The position numbers and the translations under genes are program-made. Below are positions 38,705-46,234 of a DNA stretch of 64,000 bases, piece by piece; the first letter of the stretch is position 1, and the number at the start of each line of letters is the position of its first letter. The stretch is from a virus (Duplodnaviria > Caudoviricetes). Location of the stretch: IMG/VR virus record IMGVR_UViG_3300027874_000011, positions 1 to 64,000 of that record, one strand, 5' to 3'. Under the pieces are notes generated by a model, which worked only from the letters and a program-made list of their open reading frames with translations, was not told where the DNA came from and did no database searches.

Positions 38705-39748
38705 GTGAGCTTGAGCCGTGTCCGCGAGCACTTACTGGCCGAGGCGTTCGCCTTCACGCTGGTGGGTGGAGTCGCGGGCGCGATCATCGGCCTTGCCAGT
38801 GCACTGCCGCCACTGGGCACCAGCGGCACGATTGAGACAGTCGCGACTGTCGAGGCCGTGCTGCCGACCGAGGAGTCGCCGCCGACGCTGGCTCCCGTTG
38901 TCGTGCTGACACCAGGCCCTGGACAGACCACGCCAGCCGTTGTCATTGTGGTCGTGCCGCCGAGTGTTATCCCCACGGACACACCCGTTGACATACCAAC
39001 TGACGTGCCCACTCAGCCACCCGCCGCAGCACCCGCGCCGACCGAGACGCCTGAGCCAACCCAGGCCCAGGTCGCGGATGTGCCCACGCCGCCACTGGTG
39101 GTTCTCCAGGCGAGCGCCAGCCGGCCCGTGCCGATCCGCGCACCGACCGTGCGGCCTCTGACGCCGCGACCGGTAGTCCGCGCCGCGCCCGTGGTTCCCA
39201 GTGTTCCCAGTTCTCAAGCTGAGCCAGTTGTGAGCGAGCCGGAACCGGAACTGGGCACGGAGCCTGACATGTCGCCGGTGTCCATCCCCACGCCCCAGGC
39301 CACGCCCGTCCCATCACAGACGCCGACGCTTCAGCCGACGCCGACTGCTGTGCCGACGAGCGCCCCAACGAGCGTTGCCCAGGTGGTGGTGACACCTCTG
39401 CCAACAGTAACCGCGACGAGCACGCCGAAACCTGCACCGAGCGCGACATCGACGCCGGTCACGCCCAGTCCGTCCCCGACGCGCAAGAAGGCGACGGGCG
39501 GCGGCAGTGCGCCCGCGCCGAGCGCCACGCCGACGCTTGCACCGCCGACCAGCGCACCGGCGACCAGCACCAGCCTGCCGACGCCCGCGCCGAGCATTGT
39601 GCCAACGCAGACGCCGCGTCCGCTGACATCTACGCCCACGCTCCTGCCAGCTACCTCCACCTCGACGGCTGGTCCGACTCGTACGCCGACCCCATGTGGC
39701 AACAACGGCATCAACTGCCGCACGCCCACACCCACGGCCACGCCTTGA
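38705..39748 (+). CDS. Pro/Thr-rich (mucin-like) membrane-anchored protein
   Basis: N-terminal hydrophobic helix, then ~300 aa of PTATP/PTSTP-type low complexity. Confidence 0.7.
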   Translation: MSLSRVREHLLAEAFAFTLVGGVAGAIIGLASALPPLGTSGTIETVATVEAVLPTEESPPTLAPVVVLTPGPGQTTPAVVIVVVPPSVIPTDTPVDIPTDVPTQPPAAAPAPTETPEPTQAQVADVPTPPLVVLQASASRPVPIRAPTVRPLTPRPVVRAAPVVPSVPSSQAEPVVSEPEPELGTEPDMSPVSIPTPQATPVPSQTPTLQPTPTAVPTSAPTSVAQVVVTPLPTVTATSTPKPAPSATSTPVTPSPSPTRKKATGGGSAPAPSATPTLAPPTSAPATSTSLPTPAPSIVPTQTPRPLTSTPTLLPATSTSTAGPTRTPTPCGNNGINCRTPTPTATP

Positions 39749-39751
39749 GTC

Positions 39752-40021
39752 ATGAACGATCCCATCGTCCTGATCGCGGCCATCATCGGCGCGCTCGCCG
39801 GTGCTGTCAGCTTCCTGTTCCGTCAGCTAGTGCTGACCAAGAACCACCGCATCAACGACCTGACTGACGAGCGCGACTACTGGCGCAAGATCGTGCTGGC
39901 GTTCTCGAAGCTGCCGGATGGCACCACCGTGCCCGACTACGACGCCTGGTTCCAGCAGCAGCACCGCGTCACACCCACCGGTCGCGAGCCATACCTCATC
40001 GACCGTCCACCGGAGGTGTGA
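39752..40021 (+). CDS. Small membrane protein (N-terminal TM plus coiled coil; holin-like)
   Basis: IVLIAAIIGALAGAVSFLF, then RINDLTDERDYWR. Confidence 0.6.
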   Translation: MNDPIVLIAAIIGALAGAVSFLFRQLVLTKNHRINDLTDERDYWRKIVLAFSKLPDGTTVPDYDAWFQQQHRVTPTGREPYLIDRPPEV

Positions 40022-40239
40022 TGCGGTCGCCACCTCCGCGTCGTCGCGCTACCCTGCGCGACATGGCAACCACGACTCCGCGCACCTACTCAACGTGGTG
40101 GATTATCAAGCTCATCTTGCTGATCCTGGCGCTCATCTGTTTCGGGGCGGCGGGCTTCTTCGGCGTCACCAGTGCTGGCCCCGTCATGCTGGTCCCGGCT
40201 GGTCTGTTCTTTGGCTTCGGCTCGATGCTGCCCATCTAG
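40018..40239 (+). CDS. Small two-TM membrane protein (holin-like)
   Basis: WWIIKLILLILALICFGAAGFFG and VMLVPAGLFFGFGSMLPI. Confidence 0.55.
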   Translation: MMRSPPPRRRATLRDMATTTPRTYSTWWIIKLILLILALICFGAAGFFGVTSAGPVMLVPAGLFFGFGSMLPI

Positions 40240-40240
40240 C

Positions 40241-40254
40241 GATAACCGGTGATC
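40241..40254. promoter_or_regulatory. Near-palindrome GATAACCGGTGATC (copy 4; AGCGATAACCGGTGATCGCT)
   Basis: One mismatch; sits at the convergence of + and - operons. Confidence 0.55.
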
Positions 40255-40427
40255 GCTTGAGGCCGTAGGCTCGCTCGAAGGCGGCTGCGCGGTCTTGCCA
40301 GCTTGTTTGGCTCGAATCGCCTCCAGGCCCTTGCGTCCGTTGCGCTTCGCCCGGCACACGCGGCACTGGATGTGGCCCTTCGAGAGAATCCGATGTGTCC
40401 TGCATCTCGGACACAGAGGGTAGTGGT

Positions 40428-40604
40428 TCAGTGGTCCGCACACGCGGTGTGGATCTCACCGAACTTGGCGGCGGCGACCAGCCACACGTCGATGCTGACC
40501 GGTAGCTGGATCTTGAGCTTCTGGCCGCAGATCGTGCAGTGCACGCTCATGTCTCGATCATGCACCACGATGTGGTCGCGGCCAACGTGGAGTGTCTCAG
40601 GCAT
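40428..40604 (-). CDS. Small Cys/His protein
   Basis: MPETLHVG...CTICGQ...HTAC; RBS GAGGAAG. Confidence 0.5.
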   Translation of the reverse strand: MPETLHVGRDHIVVHDRDMSVHCTICGQKLKIQLPVSIDVWLVAAAKFGEIHTACADH

Positions 40605-40815
40605 CTTCCTCAGAGTTCGGCGTCTCGCCGTCCTGGGTCGGCACGAACTGCCAGGTGTGGCCGTTGGGACACGTGCCGCGCCACATCGCACCGGTGCCCG
40701 ACGTGTCAAACTCGCTGTCCAGATACAGCACGTTTTCGACGGGGCACACCAGCAGCTTGGCGTCCACGCGCTTGCCGACGATCTCGACCCAGGTCACTTC
40801 GCGTTCGATGGTCAT
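40597..40815 (-). CDS. Small hypothetical protein
   Basis: ATGA-coupled start; CPVE...CPNGH. Confidence 0.55.
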   Translation of the reverse strand: MTIEREVTWVEIVGKRVDAKLLVCPVENVLYLDSEFDTSGTGAMWRGTCPNGHTWQFVPTQDGETPNSEEDA

Positions 40816-41078
40816 AGCTGTCGATCTCCCGTGCGTATTCGCGGAACTACCGGCCAGTCCACGTCGTCGCGCTCGGGGAAGCCGACCTCGGGCGTCTCGG
40901 GTTCGGGCGGCGGCGGGATCTCCAGGGTCAGCGCGTACTCGTCGTACACGCGGCCCCATCCCTGGGGCACCGCGACGTTGATCGGGAAGGCGACCTCATC
41001 CCAATCCAGCGTCGGGCGGCGCTTGGTCAGGCGACACTCGCCGCGCCCGTTGACGATCAGATAGACCCGAACGCTCAG
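40812..41078 (-). CDS. Small hypothetical protein missed by the ORF track, probable CTG start
   Basis: 88-aa open frame LSVRVYLIVNGRGECRLTKRRPTLDWDEVAFP... exactly fills the gap. CTGA overlap with upstream stop; GGAG upstream. Confidence 0.6.
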   Translation of the reverse strand: MSVRVYLIVNGRGECRLTKRRPTLDWDEVAFPINVAVPQGWGRVYDEYALTLEIPPPPEPETPEVGFPERDDVDWPVVPRIRTGDRQL

Positions 41079-41572
41079 CTTGCTGGCTCCAGGGTGATGA
41101 CGCCCACAGCAGGCGCGCCGGGCTGGATGTCGTACAGTCCGCTCTGCGCACGAACGTCCGCGCCGTCCGCTCCTGGCGTGGTCGCCACCACCCGGAACAC
41201 ACCGCTGCCCTGCAGGAAGTGGACCGTGGCCGTCTCGTCATCCGAGTCGGAATCCGAGTTGGGGTTGACGCTGACGGCGGTCGAGGCCGCGCCGGTGTCG
41301 TCCTCGGCAGTCCAGTTGGTCTGCGTTTTGTCGTGCGGGATCGAGGTGTCCAGACGGTCGTACCAGTCCACCTTGGCCGGGCAGTCGTCAGAAGGGATCG
41401 GGGTCGGGGTGGTGACGGTGGTCATGCTTTCGACTCCATTGATGAAGATGCGCCCGTAGCGAGGGAGCGCGTTCCAGTGCTCAAGTTCACGGGCAATCCC
41501 CTTGAGCGCCACGTAGATATCGGCAGCATAGTCAAGCAGGCGCGCAACCGTCTGGTCCTGCTCACTCGGCAT
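41075..41572 (-). CDS. Hypothetical protein
   Basis: 165 aa; beta-rich C-terminal half. Confidence 0.6.
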   Translation of the reverse strand: MPSEQDQTVARLLDYAADIYVALKGIARELEHWNALPRYGRIFINGVESMTTVTTPTPIPSDDCPAKVDWYDRLDTSIPHDKTQTNWTAEDDTGAASTAVSVNPNSDSDSDDETATVHFLQGSGVFRVVATTPGADGADVRAQSGLYDIQPGAPAVGVITLEPAS

Positions 41573-41765
41573 GGCTTTCCATCAGGTTCACGATCTCGCG
41601 CGCGCGCCGCCTGAAGTGCTGCAGGATGAAATCGCTGTCGCCGTTCATGGTGTCCAGAAACAGCGCGAAGTCGCGAACAGCGGTGTGCACGAGGTCGGCC
41701 TGCTGGTCGTCCAGGGTCACACCGTTGATGCTGATGTCGATCTTGAGCTTCGGCTGCAGCGGCAT
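41562..41765 (-). CDS. Small hypothetical protein
   Basis: 67 aa, operon-packed. Confidence 0.55.
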   Translation of the reverse strand: MPLQPKLKIDISINGVTLDDQQADLVHTAVRDFALFLDTMNGDSDFILQHFRRRAREIVNLMESHAE

Positions 41766-41768
41766 CTG

Positions 41769-42125
41769 TCAGTTCATCGAGATCGGGCCGAGGAAGATCT
41801 GGATCTCCTTCGACTCGCCCTCGCCCACGGTGCGCACCTTCAGCGGTGTGCGCTCCTGCAGCGCCTGCTCCTGCAGCTTGATGGTCATCGCCGCCAGAGA
41901 GATGACCTTGGTGGCCTTGGCGTGCTCGCGGTTGCGGCCCCAGGCGTAGAACGTGTACAGGCAGATCACCAGCCAGAAGCCGAACAGCAGGACGCCGAGC
42001 GAGCCGTCGTCAGCCAGCCAGTGCTTGGCGTTGAACACCAGCCACCCTACATTCCAGACCGGCAGGAACACGCCCATGCCTGGCCCCCACATCCAGCCGA
42101 GCGCGCGCTTTATCTTCCGAACCAT
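41769..42125 (-). CDS. Membrane protein (2 TM)
   Basis: AGGAGG RBS; two hydrophobic W-rich helices. Confidence 0.6.
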   Translation of the reverse strand: MVRKIKRALGWMWGPGMGVFLPVWNVGWLVFNAKHWLADDGSLGVLLFGFWLVICLYTFYAWGRNREHAKATKVISLAAMTIKLQEQALQERTPLKVRTVGEGESKEIQIFLGPISMN

Positions 42126-42466
42126 TCCCAGTGTCCTCCTGGGGGTAACGGCTTGTCATTCCAAGGGTTCTCGGGTGGTGGATTCCACTCCCCCGAGCGC
42201 GCCACGGCCTTCCCGATGTCTCGCGCGTACTTTGCCAGTGTGCGCACGATCTCGTCGTCATGGGGCGTGTCAGCGGGAAACATCATACGGGTTCGCACAT
42301 TGCCAGGGCGATGTGGATCGAGCACCAGCCAGATGGCGCAGCCGGCGGCGCGCAGATCTCTAACGAAGGCATCCGCCAGGGCTGGCGGCAGGCCCGTGTC
42401 CTCCACGAGCCAGTCGTCGGGCGGCTTCAGGATCTTGTCGCGCTCGCGCCTGCTGCGCTTGCTCAC
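42110..42466 (-). CDS. Hypothetical protein
   Basis: 118 aa coding-like ORF. Confidence 0.55.
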   Translation of the reverse strand: MSKRSRRERDKILKPPDDWLVEDTGLPPALADAFVRDLRAAGCAIWLVLDPHRPGNVRTRMMFPADTPHDDEIVRTLAKYARDIGKAVARSGEWNPPPENPWNDKPLPPGGHWEWFGR

Positions 42467-42596
42467 GCCAGAACTCTGTCATGAACGCCCGCTGCGCGGC
42501 ATCTACCTGCTCCCATGTCGGGCGGCTCGGGTCGTCCTCGTCCAGGCCAACGTGGTCGATCAGCAACCGGCGAAATCGCTCAGAAGCCTCGCTCAC
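42360..42596 (-). CDS. Small hypothetical protein
   Basis: Fills the gap below 42603 but overlaps the next ORF by ~100 nt. Confidence 0.35.
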   Translation of the reverse strand: MSEASERFRRLLIDHVGLDEDDPSRPTWEQVDAAQRAFMTEFWREQAQQARARQDPEAARRLARGGHGPAASPGGCLR

Positions 42597-42602
42597 GCGC
42601 TC

Positions 42603-43904
42603 TCAGAAGGCTAGACCGCTGCCGTCGCCCTCGGTCGTGTCTTCGGTCGTCTCCGCAGGCGGTGGGCTGGCGGGCCTGCTAGGGGCCTCTGCGGGCCGAT
42701 CCTCGTAGTTGCGCTCGAAGATCTCGCCGTAGCGACGGGCGTTCATGGTCTGGCGTGCCGCCCCGAGCGCGGCCAGTAGCTCTGCGGCCTGCTCGTCGGT
42801 GGCCGTCTGCAGGAACGCCGAGAGACTGCCGGTGCGACCGGTGTGGTGCAGGATGAACGCCGCGCGACCGGCGTCGGTCGCCAGGTCGTGCACGCGGCCC
42901 TCGTTCTCCCAGGTCACACCGCGCGCCATCGCGTGCCAGCTTCTGGTCCAGTGGGCTTGATCGGCGCGACCGCCAGCTTCGAGGATCAGCATCTGCTCCT
43001 CGGTCGGCTCCTCCACCTCGACCTCGACCGGGCCGTCGTTCGCCAACTCCTCGTACGTCGGCATGTCCGGCGCGGGCAGCATCAACTGAGCGCCCTCGCG
43101 CAGCGCCTGGGTCGCGATCTCGCGAAAGGTGCGCGATCCGAGTCGGACGCCTTCGGGCGGGGTCGTCACGATGGACCAGACTGGGATCTGACGCATGGTG
43201 CCGTCCGGCCCGCTGACGTTGGGGCGGTGCACGATCTTCAACTGGAAGGGCAGGCCCGCGATCTTGCCGTGGGTGAACTGAGACGTGAAGGCAAGCTGGC
43301 CTAAGATGTTGCGGACCGAGTGGCGGCTGGTCGTTCTTATTGCATACACGCCCAGGCCATCAGGGAAGATCACTTCGCTGCCGCCCTCGGTCCACTCGGC
43401 CAGCACGAAGAAGATGCGCGTGTCGGCCTTGCACGTGCGCACCAGGCGCTCGTACTCGGAGCTACCGGCGGGGAAGACTCGGTGCAGCGGCTGGCCGTGG
43501 TTGGCCTCCATCGTCTGCGGCCTGTTGTCGATGTAGGTAATCTGAGTCCCATCGCCATAGGCTTCCAGGCGCGTGCTGCTGTAGCGACTGAAGATGGTGT
43601 TGATGAACGCCTGCGGCGAATCGAGCGGAAAGGCAATCGTCAGGTGTCCCCAGGCGTTTTCCTCAAGGATGCGCCGCAGCCCGGGAGCCTGGTTGAGCGG
43701 GTCATGCAGATGGATCTGCTGCTCGTCGCCAGGGCGTGTAGCTCGCGGCAGGCCGACGTGACCGTCGCGGCCCTGGGCGCGATAGCCGGCTGAAATCAAC
43801 GCCAGTGGCGTGACGCGCGGTGTCTCCGACGAATAGCCGCCGGCGTACGGGTCCAGGCGTCTGAATTCAGGAGTCGCTTGCTGGATGCTGGTGGTGGTCA
43901 CCAT
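42603..43904 (-). CDS. Recombination directionality factor-like (mycobacteriophage gp3-like) recombination protein
   Basis: ISAGY...LTIAFP...AYGDG...CK...GLGVYAIRTTSRHSVRNI...IAGLPFQLKI pattern. AGGAG RBS before ATG 43904. Confidence 0.6.
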   Translation of the reverse strand: MVTTTSIQQATPEFRRLDPYAGGYSSETPRVTPLALISAGYRAQGRDGHVGLPRATRPGDEQQIHLHDPLNQAPGLRRILEENAWGHLTIAFPLDSPQAFINTIFSRYSSTRLEAYGDGTQITYIDNRPQTMEANHGQPLHRVFPAGSSEYERLVRTCKADTRIFFVLAEWTEGGSEVIFPDGLGVYAIRTTSRHSVRNILGQLAFTSQFTHGKIAGLPFQLKIVHRPNVSGPDGTMRQIPVWSIVTTPPEGVRLGSRTFREIATQALREGAQLMLPAPDMPTYEELANDGPVEVEVEEPTEEQMLILEAGGRADQAHWTRSWHAMARGVTWENEGRVHDLATDAGRAAFILHHTGRTGSLSAFLQTATDEQAAELLAALGAARQTMNARRYGEIFERNYEDRPAEAPSRPASPPPAETTEDTTEGDGSGLAF

Positions 43905-44071
43905 CGTTCTCCTACGACCAGAAAGAGCAGGCCCGCGAAGACCAGCATGGCGACGATCATCGCCACGTGGGTCCACGGATTTTCGAGCCAGCAGTAGTGC
44001 GGCTTGTCGGGGTAGAAGCCGCCGAGCAGCGGCATCTGCGGTTGCGGGTGGTGGTGTGGCTTGCGCTTCAC
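43898..44071 (-). CDS. Small membrane protein
   Basis: GTGA-coupled start; C-terminal TM helix. Confidence 0.5.
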   Translation of the reverse strand: MKRKPHHHPQPQMPLLGGFYPDKPHYCWLENPWTHVAMIVAMLVFAGLLFLVVGERW

Positions 44072-44304
44072 CGTGTCAAAAGTGTGGTCGAACCGAAGGT
44101 ACGCAGTCGGCGGTTTGCCTCGGCTCGCGCGCTGTGATGGCCGATGTGGAAGTGCTCGCCGTGATTGCCAATCAGACATGGGTACACGTCCAGCAGCACG
44201 CCGTGGCGTCCGTACGCGCCATTCGCGGCGTCCCGCGCTTCGTCTTCGGTCCAGTAGAGCTTCTTCTTGAAGCACGCTTCATACGCGCTCTGGTTGGCGT
44301 TCAT
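44068..44304 (-). CDS. Small Cys/His protein (C..K..Y.TE.EA...VYPC...HFHIGH)
   Basis: Common phage small-protein pattern; GAAAGG RBS. Confidence 0.55.
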   Translation of the reverse strand: MNANQSAYEACFKKKLYWTEDEARDAANGAYGRHGVLLDVYPCLIGNHGEHFHIGHHSARAEANRRLRTFGSTTLLTR

Positions 44305-44542
44305 TGACATCCTTTCGTGGCAGGGGCAGGGTGACGCCGCCTGTCGGCCGGTTGGCACGCCAGGCACTAAACGTTCTGAGGAACTCGGTGTCGTAGTCGC
44401 GCGAGGTGTCGCACCAGCGCGGGTCAGTCCGACACTGCGGACACTTCTGCTGGTGCTTCTCCTTGGCGATCAGCGTCTCCAGCGCGCCATTGGCGAGCAT
44501 GCACACGCGGTCGTGATTGGGCGGTAGTTGGGTGGTGGGCAC
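44279..44542 (-). CDS. Small Cys-rich protein
   Basis: CPQCRTDPRWC; AAGGAG RBS. Confidence 0.55.
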   Translation of the reverse strand: MPTTQLPPNHDRVCMLANGALETLIAKEKHQQKCPQCRTDPRWCDTSRDYDTEFLRTFSAWRANRPTGGVTLPLPRKDVNERQPERV

Positions 44543-44557
44543 TCGGATCTCCTTTGC

Positions 44558-45100
44558 TCAGTGCCAGTAGTGCTGGAGCAGGATGACGGCGACCAGCATG
44601 AGCGCCAGCAGGCCCATGCCGATCAGGTACCAGACGGTCAGGGTGCTCACACGCTCACGGAGTAAGCCGACCTCCTGTGTGCTTGCCATGTTCACCAGGC
44701 GCGCCTCGTTCTGCGTCGTGCGCTTGTCGAGTAGCTCGATGGCCGTGGGTGGCTTCGGCACCAGCGCGCGCAGCCGCTCGATCTCCTTCTCGGAGCCAGC
44801 GATGGCGGCAACGGCTGTCTCGTGCTCGGCGGTCATCTGCGCTCGCAGGCGCACGATCTCGTCCTCGATGATGGCGTAGAACGGCTCGCCCGGCGGCCAC
44901 TCCAGCCCCAGGCGCTCGACCATCCTGGCCTGGATCTCGTGCTCGACGGCCAGCCCGCCCGTGCCTGCTTCGTAGCCCTCGCGGTGGCCGGTTTCGTACT
45001 CGCTCTCGATTGGCTCATCGCCCCCAGGGACAGCCGCAGGTATCGGAGTGGTGGGTGAGGATGTGGACGGCAATCGCCCACCAGCGCCGGAGTCGCTCAC
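44558..45100 (-). CDS. Coiled-coil protein with C-terminal TM anchor
   Basis: GTGA-coupled start; heptad region, then WYLIGMGLLALMLVAVILL. Confidence 0.6.
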   Translation of the reverse strand: MSDSGAGGRLPSTSSPTTPIPAAVPGGDEPIESEYETGHREGYEAGTGGLAVEHEIQARMVERLGLEWPPGEPFYAIIEDEIVRLRAQMTAEHETAVAAIAGSEKEIERLRALVPKPPTAIELLDKRTTQNEARLVNMASTQEVGLLRERVSTLTVWYLIGMGLLALMLVAVILLQHYWH

Positions 45101-45297
45101 CCACCGGTCCCTCGGTACCCCGGTCCTCGGTCGCCACCGGCCAGCCCAGGCCCGTCGCCTGACTCGCACGCGCAGCGCGAAGTGGGTGCGCCGCAGTCTT
45201 CGCACGGTACGTTGACCGTGGTCATGCACCAGTCCCTGCGGTGCTCGGGGTGGCCGCAGTCGGCGCATGTCATACGTGTGACATGCTCGGTCACCAC
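45097..45297 (-). CDS. Small Zn-finger protein
   Basis: CADCGHPEH and CEDCG...CAC. Confidence 0.55.
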   Translation of the reverse strand: MVTEHVTRMTCADCGHPEHRRDWCMTTVNVPCEDCGAPTSRCACESGDGPGLAGGDRGPGYRGTGG

Positions 45298-45623
45298 GGA
45301 TCTGCCTCCGTGCCGCTGCCGTTGCTGCTGAGGGCAGGAAGCTCGGCGGGTTCAACGAAGCTGTCCCACTCGTCCTGCTCGTTGGGCCGTTCGTTCAACC
45401 AGATCAGGAAGTCGCTGAGCGCCGCCAGGTGCGGGCTGAGCGAGCCGGACATGCGGGCACTCCACTGCGCGCCGCGACGGAAGCCCATCTCGAAGATCTC
45501 GCGCTGGCTGTAGTCGGTCAGGTTGCGCCCGTGGATCGAAGACCACCATGCGTGCTCGATGGCCGCGTGTGGATCGCGCGTGACTTCGCGCTCGGTCACT
45601 CTCGAAGCGTACGCCAGCATCAT
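45291..45623 (-). CDS. Hypothetical protein
   Basis: ATGATG coupled to the upstream stop. Confidence 0.5.
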   Translation of the reverse strand: MMLAYASRVTEREVTRDPHAAIEHAWWSSIHGRNLTDYSQREIFEMGFRRGAQWSARMSGSLSPHLAALSDFLIWLNERPNEQDEWDSFVEPAELPALSSNGSGTEADPW

Positions 45624-45760
45624 TCCCAGTCCACCCGTACCGGCGCGCCCGAGGACGCACGGAAGCGCGCATCCCGCTCGTTGGCCCACATCACCAGCGC
45701 GACCCAGGCCAGGATGACGCCTGTCACGAACGCCAGCACCAGGCTCACTCGCCGTTTCAT
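45620..45760 (-). CDS. 46-aa single-TM peptide (below ORF-track cut-off)
   Basis: MKRRVSLVLAFVTGVILAWVALVMWANERDARF...; ATG 10 nt downstream of a -10 box (near-leaderless). Confidence 0.5.
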   Translation of the reverse strand: MKRRVSLVLAFVTGVILAWVALVMWANERDARFRASSGAPVRVDWE

Positions 45761-45770
45761 GATTTCGTAG

Positions 45771-45790
45771 TTTATAACAAACGATCACAC
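45771..45790 (-). promoter_or_regulatory. Promoter type P variant (GTGTGA-N8-TATAAA)
   Basis: Heads the 40.4-45.8 kb minus-strand operon; TG extended -10. Confidence 0.65.
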
Positions 45791-45817
45791 GAGCAGAACA
45801 GATTTGCGAGGCGTACC

Positions 45818-46045
45818 GTGACCGACATGACCAGCCCCATACACCAGCCCGTTCGCATACGTCGCGTCAAAGGCCCGCAACCCGGCGACCATCTCTTTTG
45901 TGAGATCTGCGGGGTGAGATGGCCGTGTCTGCTCGCCTCGGAAGCCGCACAGAAACGCGCACGGGAAAGTGCCCAAAATGTGCCACGCCGGGACGTACCA
46001 ACGACCCAGGGGCGGGGCTACTATGGCGGGACCGCCCCGGTCTAG
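45818..46045 (+). CDS. Small hypothetical protein (CEIC...C)
   Basis: 75 aa ORF in the divergent region. Confidence 0.35.
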   Translation: MTDMTSPIHQPVRIRRVKGPQPGDHLFCEICGVRWPCLLASEAAQKRARESAQNVPRRDVPTTQGRGYYGGTAPV

Positions 46046-46069
46046 ACCTCAACCTCAGCCCCTTAAATT

Positions 46070-46103
46070 GCAAGCGCCCGAGGCGGCAACCAGGGGCGCT
46101 TGC
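46070..46103. other. GC-rich inverted repeat GCAAGCGCCC-N14-GGGCGCTTGC
   Basis: Perfect 10-bp arms, ~130 nt upstream of the primase-helicase. Confidence 0.5.
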
Positions 46104-46234
46104 GGAAAGTGAAGAACACCTCCCATGTGTGCGTGCAGAGATGCTTCGCGCGTAATGCTATATGCACGTTCCAGACCTGACAACTGGTTCTGTGTAAATT
46201 TCTCGCATACGTTCAGTTATCTGCCGGCAACGAC

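Noticed and set aside
40090-40443. Minus-strand Zn-finger ORF (CPRC...CRVC)
   Set aside because: The 5' part looks coding, but the frame runs ~150 nt antisense through a convincing membrane-protein gene and the start is ambiguous. Left unannotated.
45761-46234. tRNA or other structured RNA gene in the largest intergenic gaps
   Set aside because: No cloverleaf, T-loop (GTTCGA) or CCA arrangement was found; only isolated hairpins.
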